DNA of 64,000 bases from Patescibacteria group bacterium. GTDB lineage: Bacteria; Patescibacteriota; Gracilibacteria; UBA1369; PNNO01. The stretch lies in the NCBI GenBank assembly GCA_042577965.1, contig JBHPDK010000001.1, positions 17,537 to 81,536 of the forward strand, in the 5' to 3' direction. Below, in pieces: positions 18,775-28,941 of the stretch. The notes under the pieces were generated by a model, which worked only from the letters and a program-made list of their open reading frames with translations, searched no databases and was not told the DNA's origin. The translations under genes and the position numbers were made by a program. How positions within the stretch are numbered: the stretch's first letter is position 1; each line of letters opens with the position of its first letter.

Positions 18775-21453
18775 CTATTTCTTCGGCTTAAACTTGCCCT
18801 TTGGTAGTTCTCGCTTCTCCCCTTCTTTTAGTTCCTTTTTCTCTTTAGCTGTGCTCCATCTATTAATCTTATCTTCAACCATTTCGCGCTTTTTAGCGTA
18901 GCGTTCACGAACAACTTTTCTGATTCGATCTGAGCGTCCTTCCTCAACCTCCAATTCTGGTGGAGGAAGGGTATCTAAAGAGAATGTTTTTGAAGGCATT
19001 CCATCAACTAAAAGCCTTGTATAAGCTGTATATTTGCTTAAACTTACAAGATCAGCCGGCAAAACCTCTTCACCATACTGCTGAGACATATACTCTGCAT
19101 CATCAAATCCTATCTGCATTGATAAAATAGTACCAACGTTACCAAATACAGCATCACGCACTTCATCAGGCATTTGTGCTATATACTGATTCGCCATTGT
19201 CAAATTAAGCTTATATTTACGTGCCTCAGAAAGAATTGTTGCAAACGCTTCTGTTGCAAAATTCTGGAACTCATCCACATATAAATAAAAGTCAGTACGG
19301 TCTTTTTCAGGAATATCCGCTCGACTCATCGCATCAATCTGGAATTTAGTAATGAGCATCGAACCTAATAGCGAAGAATTATCCTCACCCAGCTTACCTT
19401 TTGATAGATTAACAATAATAATTTTCTTCTTATCCATTGCAAATCTTAGGTTCACTGTACTCTTAGGTTGCCCCACAATGTTTCTAACAATAGGACTAGA
19501 TAAAAACTGGCCAACTTTATTCATGATCGGTGAAATCGCTTCAATCTTCATTCTATCCTGCATTGGTTCAAACTCTTTTTCCCAAAAGGCTCTTAAAACC
19601 GGATCTTCAAGTTTTCGTACAACTTTTCGTCTATAATCCTTATCCTGTAAAATTCGTGTAATTCCAAGCATTGTTGTATTTGGATAATGCAGCAATGATA
19701 GGATTGTATTCCTTAAAATATGCTCTAAACGCGGCCCCCAACTATCTGCATAAATCTTTTTAAAGATTCCAACAAGACCTGAAGAAATAATTGTATTTAA
19801 TGATGGATCTTTTGTCTCAAGCATATTAAATGCAATCGGGAAGTCGCGATCGGTAGGGTCAAATAAAATAACATCATTAGTTCTGTTTGCAGGTATAAAA
19901 TCCAAAACACTTTCAGCTAAATCTCCATGCGGATCAATAACAGCAACACCTTTACCTGCCTGGATATCGCTAAATATCATATTTTCAAGTAGAGTCGTCT
20001 TACCCATACCGGTTTTACCAATAATGTATACGTGACGCCTTCTATCCAGACCTTTAATTCCAAACGTCTTACGAATTCCTCTAAAATTACTTCTTCCCAT
20101 TAATGTTAAATCATCAGCAAGTTCGCCTTTTGGCTCAGGTAAATCAACAGGTGGCTCAAGTTTACGTGACTTAACCCAGAATATATTTGGGGTAGCAACA
20201 GTTTGATTTGGAAGATGATAAACTGTAGCAAGCTCTTCAACATTTAAAACAAAAGGATCATCAATTACTCTTGAGCGATATTTATCCAAAGCTTCTTTAC
20301 CACTAATATAATTATTTATTTTAAATCCATTAATCTGAGGGATATTAAACTGCTTAAACGAACCTGCAATCTCTCTTAATTTAATCTTAGCGCTTTCCGG
20401 ATTTTTATTTTTTTGCAGATAAAGTATTCTTACATTTGCTTCATATAAAAGCTTAACTACTTTATCCATTGCTGCACCAGCTGAACTCTCGCGTTCATGT
20501 GATTTTGAAGTTAAATCTTCAATATCATCATCAGAGCTTGCACGATCATCAGCTTTAAATGAAATCTTAGTACCTACTTTTAGGCCTTGCAGCCAAAAAA
20601 CAAAATACATAGGGAAGAAAACAACGCGCCATATTTTATTGCGCGTACAGTACATTTTAGTATAAGTCTTTTGAAGCTTCTCAATATTCGCCCAAACACC
20701 TTTATTTACAATCTTCACACATTTAGTAAATAAAATACGCCATTTATCTGATAAAGGCCTTACAACAACCTGTATCCATGCCTGCTCTTCAACATCATTA
20801 AGTTTTGCTAAAGTAGCTGTTACACCTGCAATAGGGTCAACAGCCATACGCGTAATCTTATCTTCAAACTGAACATACCTTTTAATAGGGTAAATTACAG
20901 GATCAGTAAAAGTTAGTTCAGTACCATAAATATTTTTAAATGGATCAAAGTCTTTAAATTCTTTTTTTGGTTGAATTTTTGGAAGATCATTAACAGGCAC
21001 CAAAGCTTCTTCGTTGGCTGGCTTTTCTAAATTTTCACCCATTGAAACCTCCATTTTTTCAATAATCGAATAATCTTTTACTTCTTCAATCTCCACATCA
21101 GGATATTGCGCATAAATCTGCCCTTCAATAAAATTCTTATATTTAACAGGGAAAGCCACATAAAATTTAATATGACTTCCTAAATTAGCTATTTCTAAAC
21201 TAATTCTATCCTGTGTTGTTCCAAATAAAGTTCGCCAAAATCCAAGTTTATGATAAATCCCATGCATTGATGAAAAAATCTGCTCAGCAACAATAGGCCC
21301 TGTTTCGTTCTCTTTACTAACACGCACTTCTAAGACCTGAAATCTTTTAGCAAATTGACGCTGTTTCGCGAGTTTTTGTCTTAATAACTCGAGAAGTACA
21401 AGCGCTGCGTAAACTCCTAATAATATTAGAGCTATCGTAATAAATGTGGTCAT
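18775..21453 (-). CDS. VirD4/TraD/TrwB-like type IV coupling-protein-family P-loop ATPase with a long N-terminal extension
   Basis: N-terminal TM helix. Walker A IIGKTGMGKTTLL at about residue 480, then VIDPHGDL, Walker B YLYVDEFQNF, and LTMANQYIAQM. Confidence 0.8.
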   Translation of the reverse strand: MTTFITIALILLGVYAALVLLELLRQKLAKQRQFAKRFQVLEVRVSKENETGPIVAEQIFSSMHGIYHKLGFWRTLFGTTQDRISLEIANLGSHIKFYVAFPVKYKNFIEGQIYAQYPDVEIEEVKDYSIIEKMEVSMGENLEKPANEEALVPVNDLPKIQPKKEFKDFDPFKNIYGTELTFTDPVIYPIKRYVQFEDKITRMAVDPIAGVTATLAKLNDVEEQAWIQVVVRPLSDKWRILFTKCVKIVNKGVWANIEKLQKTYTKMYCTRNKIWRVVFFPMYFVFWLQGLKVGTKISFKADDRASSDDDIEDLTSKSHERESSAGAAMDKVVKLLYEANVRILYLQKNKNPESAKIKLREIAGSFKQFNIPQINGFKINNYISGKEALDKYRSRVIDDPFVLNVEELATVYHLPNQTVATPNIFWVKSRKLEPPVDLPEPKGELADDLTLMGRSNFRGIRKTFGIKGLDRRRHVYIIGKTGMGKTTLLENMIFSDIQAGKGVAVIDPHGDLAESVLDFIPANRTNDVILFDPTDRDFPIAFNMLETKDPSLNTIISSGLVGIFKKIYADSWGPRLEHILRNTILSLLHYPNTTMLGITRILQDKDYRRKVVRKLEDPVLRAFWEKEFEPMQDRMKIEAISPIMNKVGQFLSSPIVRNIVGQPKSTVNLRFAMDKKKIIIVNLSKGKLGEDNSSLLGSMLITKFQIDAMSRADIPEKDRTDFYLYVDEFQNFATEAFATILSEARKYKLNLTMANQYIAQMPDEVRDAVFGNVGTILSMQIGFDDAEYMSQQYGEEVLPADLVSLSKYTAYTRLLVDGMPSKTFSLDTLPPPELEVEEGRSDRIRKVVRERYAKKREMVEDKINRWSTAKEKKELKEGEKRELPKGKFKPKK

Positions 21454-21467
21454 GTTCTGTTTACTTT

Positions 21468-21926
21468 TTAAGGACTATCGTAAGGTCCCTTTTGATCAGT
21501 CCCCTTTTCCCTATGTAAGTCTAAATAATTTTTAAGAATAAGTGAAGCTGCAATTATATCTGATTCTTTTTTTCGCTTATCTTTTTTCATATCCAGAGAT
21601 GTAATTATACTATCACTTTCCACGCTTGTCAACCTTTCATCCTGATACTTTATTGTGATTTGGAGTTTTTGGCTCAACAGAGCCCCAAAAGCCTCAACTT
21701 TTTTTGTTGTTTTTGTCTTATTTCCTTCCATATTTAAGGGATATCCAAGTACAATTTCTCTTATATTTTCTGCATCACAAATAAGCTTAATTTCACTAAT
21801 AATAAATTCATTTGATTTATTTTCTATTGATGTTCTTCCAAACGCCATTTGCCTTTCTTCATCAGAAACAGCAACGCCAATTCGCTTAGCGCCCCAATCT
21901 AAACCTAAGATCTTGCCTTTTTGCAT
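21468..21926 (-). CDS. ruvX: Holliday junction resolvase-like protein RuvX/YqgF
   Basis: ILGLDWGAKRIGVAVSD N-terminus. 152 aa. Confidence 0.88.
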   Translation of the reverse strand: MQKGKILGLDWGAKRIGVAVSDEERQMAFGRTSIENKSNEFIISEIKLICDAENIREIVLGYPLNMEGNKTKTTKKVEAFGALLSQKLQITIKYQDERLTSVESDSIITSLDMKKDKRKKESDIIAASLILKNYLDLHREKGTDQKGPYDSP

Positions 21927-22375
21927 TATGATTTAGCTTTTATCTCAACTTTAACATTTGCAACCACTTTGTCTGTTAATTTAACTTTAAATTTATGTAC
22001 GCCAACTTTTTTAATTGGCTCTGCAAGCTCAATTTGCTTTTTATCAACTTTAATCTTAGCTTCTTTTTCAAGCGCTTTTACAAGTTCTTTTTCACCAATA
22101 GATCCATATAATGTATCTTTATCAGTTGTTTTAGTTTCAATAGATAAAGTTGTTGATTCAAGAAGACTCACAAGATTTTCAGCTTCCTTGGAAACTTGTT
22201 CTTTTTCTTTAACAATTTTCTCCATTTCTTTTTCAGCCCATTTTAGTCTGTTTGGAGTTGCAGCAAAGGCAAGCCCCTTTGGCTGAAGAAAGTTTCTAAA
22301 ATAACCATCTTTAACTTTTTTAACCTCGCCTCTTTTACCAAGATCTTTAACATTTTTAGTTAATATTACCTGCAT
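21926..22375 (-). CDS. rplI: 50S ribosomal protein L9
   Basis: [36 protein letters not shown]. Confidence 0.92.
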   Translation of the reverse strand: MQVILTKNVKDLGKRGEVKKVKDGYFRNFLQPKGLAFAATPNRLKWAEKEMEKIVKEKEQVSKEAENLVSLLESTTLSIETKTTDKDTLYGSIGEKELVKALEKEAKIKVDKKQIELAEPIKKVGVHKFKVKLTDKVVANVKVEIKAKS

Positions 22376-22444
22376 GATATTTAAGTTTATTTAATTAAAA
22401 AGCTTAAAAAATATAGAGGAAAAGCGCTCATAAGTAAAGAAAAA

Positions 22445-22630
22445 TTATTCTACGGATTCTTGTTCCTCAGCCAGACCTGCTCTTTTTTTTGCTTCTATTC
22501 TTCGTAATACTTTAATTAATCCGCAGTTTTGTCTTATGTGTTCTATCATTCCAGAATAATAAGATCTTCTGCTGCAGCTAGTTTCTGCCCTTTCTGCTCC
22601 ACTATCTTGCGTTCTATCACATTCTTCCAT
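22445..22630 (-). CDS. questionable 61-aa ORF
   Basis: The only ORF in a roughly 320-nt gap. No SD sequence and no recognisable family. It may be non-coding. Confidence 0.2.
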   Translation of the reverse strand: MEECDRTQDSGAERAETSCSRRSYYSGMIEHIRQNCGLIKVLRRIEAKKRAGLAEEQESVE

Positions 22631-22694
22631 ATTTAAAAAAGTTAATTAATCAGGAAAGAATAATATATTATTATTGAAATTTTGCAATATTTAA

Positions 22695-24476
22695 TTAAAA
22701 GTACCATTCATCCACTCTGCAAAATCTGTCAGCAGGGAAAGCCAGATTATCTAAATTTATTCCCTGCACTTTATTGTCTGAAGCATAGTAATAAACCGGT
22801 CTGTATAAGAAAATCGCTGGGATATCCTCCTGGATTATTTCTGCAAGCCTTTGAAGTTTTGCCTGTTTTTCTTCATCATCAAAAGATTCACGAATAGCTT
22901 CAATTAATGTATCAACTGCAAAGCTTTTATAATTAGAAAGATTAGCTCCATTTTCACCTGTCTGAGTCGAATGCCAGTATCCATAAAGGTCCAGATTGTA
23001 TCCAAGACTTTGTCCAAAAATTAACAAATCATAATCACGGGCTGCAATTTTCTCCTGCAAAGTAGCAGCATCATATAATTCAATATTTAATTTAACACCA
23101 GCTTCACCCCATTTTTCTTCTAAGTAACCAAGTACTGTATTCATTTCTTCATATTTGTAACTTCCTTCCGGATATAAACGCGCAATTAATCTGAATTCTA
23201 AAACCTGACCAGCAACATTTTTTCTAATTACTTCTTCATTAACTGTGCCAACTTCTTCTGTAGCAGCAGAGTCTTCAATTACTTCTTCATCATCATCAGC
23301 TTCAACGCTTGTGATTTCCTCTTCCTCTACATCAGTTTCATCTCCTTCTTCTGAAACAGTGTATTTTTTAAATCCTGCATCATATAAAAGTTCTTTAGCA
23401 TCACCTAAATTAGCAATGTACTTATAATCATCCTGATCAAGGCTTAAAACCGGAGTTTCAACTCTTATTGTATTAGGAAGGATATCCAAAAAAGCATCTT
23501 TATATATAGATTTCTGCAATGCCTGCCTTACTTTTAAGCTTTTCAGTGTAGGATTATCCATATTAATAAACACAGCAAAATATTGCGGAAGCGAATATCC
23601 GTACATTGAAAATCTTGAATCCTGAGAAATTTCATCAATCGCTTCATTCATTACTTTAGGAATCGCATTTAATGTACTTCTGTTTTCAATAAGTTCAGCT
23701 CTTGTTGGATATCCAAAAAATCTAATCTTCTGAAGCTGCGGAAGTTCTTCATAAAATCCATCAAATCTTTCTAATACAATTTGAGTTACACCAGTTAAAC
23801 TTGTTGATAAAGGCTGCGAAACCATGTAAGGGCCTGTGCCAACAGGTGTAAAGTTAAATTCATGATTAAATAAATCATAAATCGGAACTTCACTTAATAA
23901 ATGAGAAGGCAAAACACCAACAGTTGTATTTGTAATAAAAAACGAATTTGGAGCAGTAAGCTTAAATTCAACTGTTTTAAAATCCACTTTTTCAATTTCA
24001 ACTCCTTCAAAATTTGACCTTAATATAGGATTTTGAAAATCCTCACTTTGAATTACAGTTTGAAAAGTATACATAACATCATCAGCATCCAAAATTTCAC
24101 CATCATGAAACTTAATATTATCTTTTATTTTGAATCTATAGGTTAACTGGTTTTCACTTATCGTGATATCAGCCATATCACCTACTATTTTTTTAGTTTC
24201 AGGATCGTATTTTGTAAGACCTTTGAAAATAAGGCTGCTAACATCCCTATCAGGCTCATTAAGATCAGCAAAAACAGGATTTATTCTAAACATAATGTTT
24301 TCAAATCCCTCAGTATAAATACCTTCTTTTGCAGGAGATCCTCCAGAAAAATAAACTTTATCTGTAACAATTTTAGCTCCAAAAATTACAACAAGAGCAA
24401 TCAAAACAACACTAATTATCTTCTCGTGCTTCGTATATGATTTAACAACACGAAGAAATATCGAGGGCTTCTTCAT
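22695..24476 (-). CDS. ABC-type substrate-binding protein, family 5 (peptide/nickel-like), membrane-anchored
   Basis: N-terminal TM anchor and an SBP_bac_5-like sequence. It carries an acidic insertion (EEGDETDVEEEEITSVEADDDEE). No transporter partners are adjacent. Confidence 0.8.
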   Translation of the reverse strand: MKKPSIFLRVVKSYTKHEKIISVVLIALVVIFGAKIVTDKVYFSGGSPAKEGIYTEGFENIMFRINPVFADLNEPDRDVSSLIFKGLTKYDPETKKIVGDMADITISENQLTYRFKIKDNIKFHDGEILDADDVMYTFQTVIQSEDFQNPILRSNFEGVEIEKVDFKTVEFKLTAPNSFFITNTTVGVLPSHLLSEVPIYDLFNHEFNFTPVGTGPYMVSQPLSTSLTGVTQIVLERFDGFYEELPQLQKIRFFGYPTRAELIENRSTLNAIPKVMNEAIDEISQDSRFSMYGYSLPQYFAVFINMDNPTLKSLKVRQALQKSIYKDAFLDILPNTIRVETPVLSLDQDDYKYIANLGDAKELLYDAGFKKYTVSEEGDETDVEEEEITSVEADDDEEVIEDSAATEEVGTVNEEVIRKNVAGQVLEFRLIARLYPEGSYKYEEMNTVLGYLEEKWGEAGVKLNIELYDAATLQEKIAARDYDLLIFGQSLGYNLDLYGYWHSTQTGENGANLSNYKSFAVDTLIEAIRESFDDEEKQAKLQRLAEIIQEDIPAIFLYRPVYYYASDNKVQGINLDNLAFPADRFCRVDEWYF

Positions 24477-24482
24477 AAAGAA

Positions 24483-24698
24483 TTAAGCGAATAAATATAT
24501 AACCGAGCTAAATACAAATAAAATAGCCAAAATAACAGTGAATCTAAACAAAACCTTCTCTGCTCCTCTTTTACTTACATGAAATCCGCCACTTCCACCA
24601 AATGTAGCTGAAAGCCCAGCACTTCTTTGTTGCGAAAGTATAGATAAAATAAGCAAAATTGCTATAACCATTTGAAATATTTGAATAAATTCTTTCAT
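24483..24698 (-). CDS. secG: preprotein translocase subunit SecG
   Basis: Two TM helices flanking SATFGGSGG. 71 aa. Confidence 0.85.
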   Translation of the reverse strand: MKEFIQIFQMVIAILLILSILSQQRSAGLSATFGGSGGFHVSKRGAEKVLFRFTVILAILFVFSSVIYLFA

Positions 24699-24703
24699 AA
24701 ATT

Positions 24704-25072
24704 CTAATGTTTAAAAAATAGATTAGTGGCCCAGTTCACGATTCCCAGAACTATGGCAGCAATAATATACGCTCCTAAGCCGGCAAAATAAAGCCGAACA
24801 TCTCTGAATTCCATAACATTAATCACCCATTGGGTTAAAAACAAAATCACAGCATTAATAACAATTAAAAAGAGCCCAGCTGTAATAATCACAAAAGGCA
24901 GGCTTAAAATCTTCATTAAAGGCTTAACAAAAGCGTTTAGTAAACCAATAATAATTCCTCCAATAATAAAAAGTTTGATTCCTCCCTCACCAGTTACTTC
25001 ATTCAAAAACTCAACAACAATGAATAATGTAACAGCATTAAGAAGAATTCCAATTAAGATGCGTTTTACCAT
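24704..25072 (-). CDS. phage-holin-4/DUF360-type membrane protein
   Basis: Four TM helices. FVKPLMKILSLPFVIITAGLFLIVINA is typical of the family. Confidence 0.7.
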   Translation of the reverse strand: MVKRILIGILLNAVTLFIVVEFLNEVTGEGGIKLFIIGGIIIGLLNAFVKPLMKILSLPFVIITAGLFLIVINAVILFLTQWVINVMEFRDVRLYFAGLGAYIIAAIVLGIVNWATNLFFKH

Positions 25073-25140
25073 ATTTTTTTTCTTTAAGAGTCTTTAATTG
25101 TCGACGAAAAGTATAAGGAAAAAGAGGGGCAAATGCAATG

Positions 25141-25166
25141 TTTAAAATCCATGCCCGGGCATGGAG
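25141..25166 (-). terminator. hairpin after ileS
   Basis: Perfect palindrome TCCATGCCCGGGCATGGA (25148-25165) directly after the TGA stop, followed by TTTT on the minus strand. Confidence 0.5.
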
Positions 25167-25168
25167 AA

Positions 25169-28100
25169 TCATTCTTCTCTTCTCACTCCAATTACAACTT
25201 GCTGGCCTTCAATTTCAACTTTTTCCTCTTTTTCCCATGAAAATTCGCTACCCTGTTGAAGTTCGATTGCCAAAGTTTCGCGCTTTATATAGTCAGCAAA
25301 CTGCGTTACTGCTTTTTCAACTTCTCCCTGGGCTTTTACTTGCAAATAAATACGTTCATAAACCTCGTAATCAGCTTTTTTACGCATATCCTGAACAAAT
25401 CTAACAATTTCACGAGCATAACCTTCATAGCGCAAGTCGTCAGTAATTTTTGTATCAAGAACTACTACAAATCCTGCTTCACCCTGCACATCAAATCCTT
25501 CTTTTCCTTCAAATCCAACTTCAACTTCTTCGTCTTCAAGTATAAACTCCCCTACTTTAACTTTGCCGTCTTCGAGTTCTTTGTAAATACCTTCGCGAGC
25601 ATCCTGGATTATTTTTTGAACATCTTTACCGTATTTTGGTCCAAGTTTTTTAGCATCAGGTTTAATAGTTTTTTGTACAACTTCTCCAACTTCAGTTAAA
25701 ATCTCTAGCTTTTTAACATTTAATTCTTCCAAAATCACATCTTTTTGAGCTAAAACCACATCCGCATTCACACTTTCAGGTAAACCTATCTGTACCTTTG
25801 CTAAAGGTTGCCTTACTTTTATTTGAACTTTTGCTCTTACACCATGACCCAAGTTGACAACGTGACGAACAACTCCAATTTCTTCATTCAGATCTTTATT
25901 TATCATCTTTTTATTCGAAGTTGGCCAATCGCATAAATGAACTGAATCTTCGCTATCTTTATCGTTCTTCGTTAAATTTCTGTAAATTTCATCTGCAACA
26001 AAAGGCATAAAAGGAGCAATAAGTTTCGTGAATTCCTTAAGAACTATATACAAAGTTGCATAAGCTTCGTTTTTATCATTATCATTTTCAGACTTCCAAA
26101 AACGTCTTCGGCTTCGCCTTACATACCAGTTAGAAAGATTATCCACAAAATCCATCATTGGGCGCGTACCTTTGGTTAAATTATAATCATCTAAATGAGA
26201 TGTGCACTGCTCAATTAACTGATGTAGCTCAGATAAAATCCACTGATCCAGCTTATGTTTTGGCTTAAACTCGCCTTCTTTAACTGTATTTGGATCCCAA
26301 TTATCAATGTTTGCATAAGTCACAAAAAAGCTATAGGTGTTCCATAAAGTGAGTAGGAATTTTTTAATAAGTTCATCAACATGCTGTTCACTAAACCTTA
26401 CATCTTCAGCTAAAGGTGCAGTTGATGAGTACATGAAAAATCTTGTAGCATCCACTCCCCTGGTATCAAAAAGCATATTAGGGTCAGGGAAATTCTTTTT
26501 ACGTTTAGATAACTTTTCACCGTCTGCTGCCAGCAAAATCCCATTCACTATAACGTTTTCAAATGCTGGTTTATCAAACAAAATTGTTGCTAAAACATGC
26601 AAAGTATAAAACCATCCACGAGTTTGATCCAATCCCTCAGCAATAAATTGTGCAGGGAAGTTATCTTCAAATAGTTCCTTATTCTCAAAAGGATAATGAA
26701 GCTGCGCATATGGCATTGATCCTGATTCAAACCAGCAATCCAGAACCTCAGGAATTCGCGACATTGTTCCGTCGCATTTTTCACATTTAAACTTAATTTC
26801 ATTTATATATGGGATATGGAGATCAAGATCACCATGACGTTGCGGCAATTTTTCATCGAGCGAATTTTTCTTGAGTTCTTCAACTGAGCCAATTGCCTTA
26901 TGATGCTCGCATTTTTCACATTCCCAAATTGGAATCGGACATCCCCAAAACCTATTACGTGAAATATTCCAATCGCGCACACCTTCAAGCCATTTCCCGA
27001 ATCTTCCATCTTTAATATGTTCTGGTTGCCAGTGAATTTTTTGGTTATTTTTTAATAAACGATCTTTAATATCAGTAACTTTAATGAACCATGCTTTTGT
27101 TGAGTAGTTAAGGAGCGGAGTATCACAGCGCCAGCAATGAGGATACGAGTGCCGATAATTTTCTTTAGTGAAAAGTAACGAATTTTCTTCAAGCCAGTCA
27201 GCAATATTTTGATCCTGACCTTTAACAAACTTGCCTGCCCAAGGCTCAACTTCGTCTTTAAAAGTTCCGTCTCCATTAACATGCTGCAAAACTTCAAGCC
27301 CATGTTTTTGGCCGGCATTCAAATCATCTTCACCAAATGCAGGAGCAATATGAACAACACCGGTTCCATCTTCAGTCGATACAAAATCCTCTAAAATAAT
27401 TACATATGCCTTATTCTCAAGCTTGCCCTCATAAAATGGAAACAAAGGTTTGTACTCTTTTCCTTCAAGAGTTTTTGGATCAACATCTTCTAGAATTTTG
27501 TGATCACTATCCCCCATCACTTTTTCAACCAAATCCTTAGCTAAAATATATTTATCATCTCCAGCCTGAACTTTTACATATTTAACTTCAGGACCAAGCG
27601 CAAGTGCAACGTTTCCTGGCAAAGTCCATGGGGTTGTTGTCCAGGCAAGAATATAAGTACCAGGCTCATCTTTTAATTCAAATTTTGCAATTATCGAAAG
27701 ATCTGTTACATCTTTATAACCCTGGGTTACCTCAAAATTCGATAAAGGAGTCTCACATCGAGGACAGATATGCATACTTTTATGACCCTGATAAACCATA
27801 TCTTTATCCCAAATTTGCTTAAACACCCACCAAATCGACTCCATATAATTAGTTTCTAAAGTCGCATAAGTTTCACTATGGTCTACCCATCTTCCAATAC
27901 GATTTAAAAGCTTCTCCCATTCATTTGTATATGTAAACACGCTTTCACGGCATTTTTCATTAAAATTTTCTATTCCAAATTTTTCAATATCTTTTCTTCC
28001 TGAAATTTCGAGATTTTTTTCAATTTCATATTCAACAGGCAGACCATGACAGTCCCAACCATTTGTTCGGGGAACATAATAGCCTTTCATGGTCCAATAT

Positions 28101-28327
28101 CTTGTAACTGCATCTTTTAAAGCATTAGCAAGAATATGACCATAATGAGGAAGCCCGTTTGCAAACGGAGGCCCATCAAAAAACACATATTTCTTTTCTT
28201 TTTTTCTGCGTGCAACAGACTCTTCAAAAATATGCTGATCTTCCCAGAATTTAAGCATGTTTTGCTCCATTTCAGGGAAGGATTGTTTTGCATCCACATC
28301 TTTAAATGATTTTTTATTTGAATTCAT
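25169..28327 (-). CDS. ileS: isoleucyl-tRNA synthetase (long, type-2-like)
   Basis: PPFANGLPHYGH (HIGH region) and KLSKRKKN (KMSKS region). 1052 aa. Confidence 0.97.
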   Translation of the reverse strand: MNSNKKSFKDVDAKQSFPEMEQNMLKFWEDQHIFEESVARRKKEKKYVFFDGPPFANGLPHYGHILANALKDAVTRYWTMKGYYVPRTNGWDCHGLPVEYEIEKNLEISGRKDIEKFGIENFNEKCRESVFTYTNEWEKLLNRIGRWVDHSETYATLETNYMESIWWVFKQIWDKDMVYQGHKSMHICPRCETPLSNFEVTQGYKDVTDLSIIAKFELKDEPGTYILAWTTTPWTLPGNVALALGPEVKYVKVQAGDDKYILAKDLVEKVMGDSDHKILEDVDPKTLEGKEYKPLFPFYEGKLENKAYVIILEDFVSTEDGTGVVHIAPAFGEDDLNAGQKHGLEVLQHVNGDGTFKDEVEPWAGKFVKGQDQNIADWLEENSLLFTKENYRHSYPHCWRCDTPLLNYSTKAWFIKVTDIKDRLLKNNQKIHWQPEHIKDGRFGKWLEGVRDWNISRNRFWGCPIPIWECEKCEHHKAIGSVEELKKNSLDEKLPQRHGDLDLHIPYINEIKFKCEKCDGTMSRIPEVLDCWFESGSMPYAQLHYPFENKELFEDNFPAQFIAEGLDQTRGWFYTLHVLATILFDKPAFENVIVNGILLAADGEKLSKRKKNFPDPNMLFDTRGVDATRFFMYSSTAPLAEDVRFSEQHVDELIKKFLLTLWNTYSFFVTYANIDNWDPNTVKEGEFKPKHKLDQWILSELHQLIEQCTSHLDDYNLTKGTRPMMDFVDNLSNWYVRRSRRRFWKSENDNDKNEAYATLYIVLKEFTKLIAPFMPFVADEIYRNLTKNDKDSEDSVHLCDWPTSNKKMINKDLNEEIGVVRHVVNLGHGVRAKVQIKVRQPLAKVQIGLPESVNADVVLAQKDVILEELNVKKLEILTEVGEVVQKTIKPDAKKLGPKYGKDVQKIIQDAREGIYKELEDGKVKVGEFILEDEEVEVGFEGKEGFDVQGEAGFVVVLDTKITDDLRYEGYAREIVRFVQDMRKKADYEVYERIYLQVKAQGEVEKAVTQFADYIKRETLAIELQQGSEFSWEKEEKVEIEGQQVVIGVRREE

Positions 28328-28404
28328 GTGAGTGGGATTTTAGTAAATACACACTGCGTACTTAACCATCCGATTCATGCTGCGCATTCATACGCATGTT
28401 TAAG

Positions 28405-28637
28405 CACAAAAAACGCCTTTCTGGGTTCAAGGACGAACTTCTAACTGGTCCGCGGTACCACCTTGATTCCTATAAAAGGCACTTAATTTGATTTTTTACA
28501 ATGTTTTCTCATTGAAGGGTTCTATTTTCGCTAATTTATTGATAGCGATTTCTTCCCTCTGCGTGGCCAATTGGCGCTTAAAAGAGTGATAACTCTTCTA
28601 TATTTCTTACGCATTTACCGTTAGGTGCATTTGCACT
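28405..28637 (-). promoter_or_regulatory. T-box leader (tRNA-sensing riboswitch) of ileS
   Basis: Minus strand reads AATCAAGGTGGTACCGCGGACC (core at 28451-28462), matching the T-box consensus GGTGGTACCGCG. Downstream is a hairpin CG(T)CCTT...AAGGCG plus T6 (28409-28436). AUC codons occur upstream (GAAATCGC, CTATCAA). Confidence 0.8.
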
Positions 28638-28643
28638 CTATGT

Positions 28644-28671
28644 ATTGTAGCACATTTGGCTTAGAATGCAA
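28644..28671 (-). promoter_or_regulatory. promoter of the ileS leader (TTGCAT-16 nt-TACAAT, TG-extended)
   Basis: Minus strand reads TTGCATtctaagccaaatgtgcTACAAT. Confidence 0.5.
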
Positions 28672-28747
28672 TAGGATTTGGAAAAACCAAATAGGTTTAT
28701 TGCTCTCCTGCTTGACAAACTACAATAAAGATGTATTCTTCTAATGG

Positions 28748-28775
28748 AAAAGTATTTTCGCGAGGATACTTTTTT
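28748..28775 (+). terminator. terminator-like hairpin upstream of the GC-rich ORF
   Basis: AAAAGTAT-10 nt-ATACTTTT followed by TTG. There is no upstream plus-strand gene for it to terminate. Confidence 0.3.
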
Positions 28776-28941
28776 GTTCTTTAAAAAATAATCTTCATTT
28801 TTCACAGGGAGTGCTTTGCTATGGACTATCAGTCCAGCTAAAACTGTGGCTGATCTAGCCATAGTGGAGCAGCTCTTTGTGAGCGTGGATGTGATGAAAT
28901 GAACAACAAGCGTCCCAAGAGGACAGGAAGCTGAGGATAGC

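Noticed and set aside
22445-22630. Ribosomal protein S18, the usual neighbour of rplI and ssb
   Set aside because: None of the three minus-strand frames gives the S18 signature (C-x-F-C…TG-x-C-x-KHQR).
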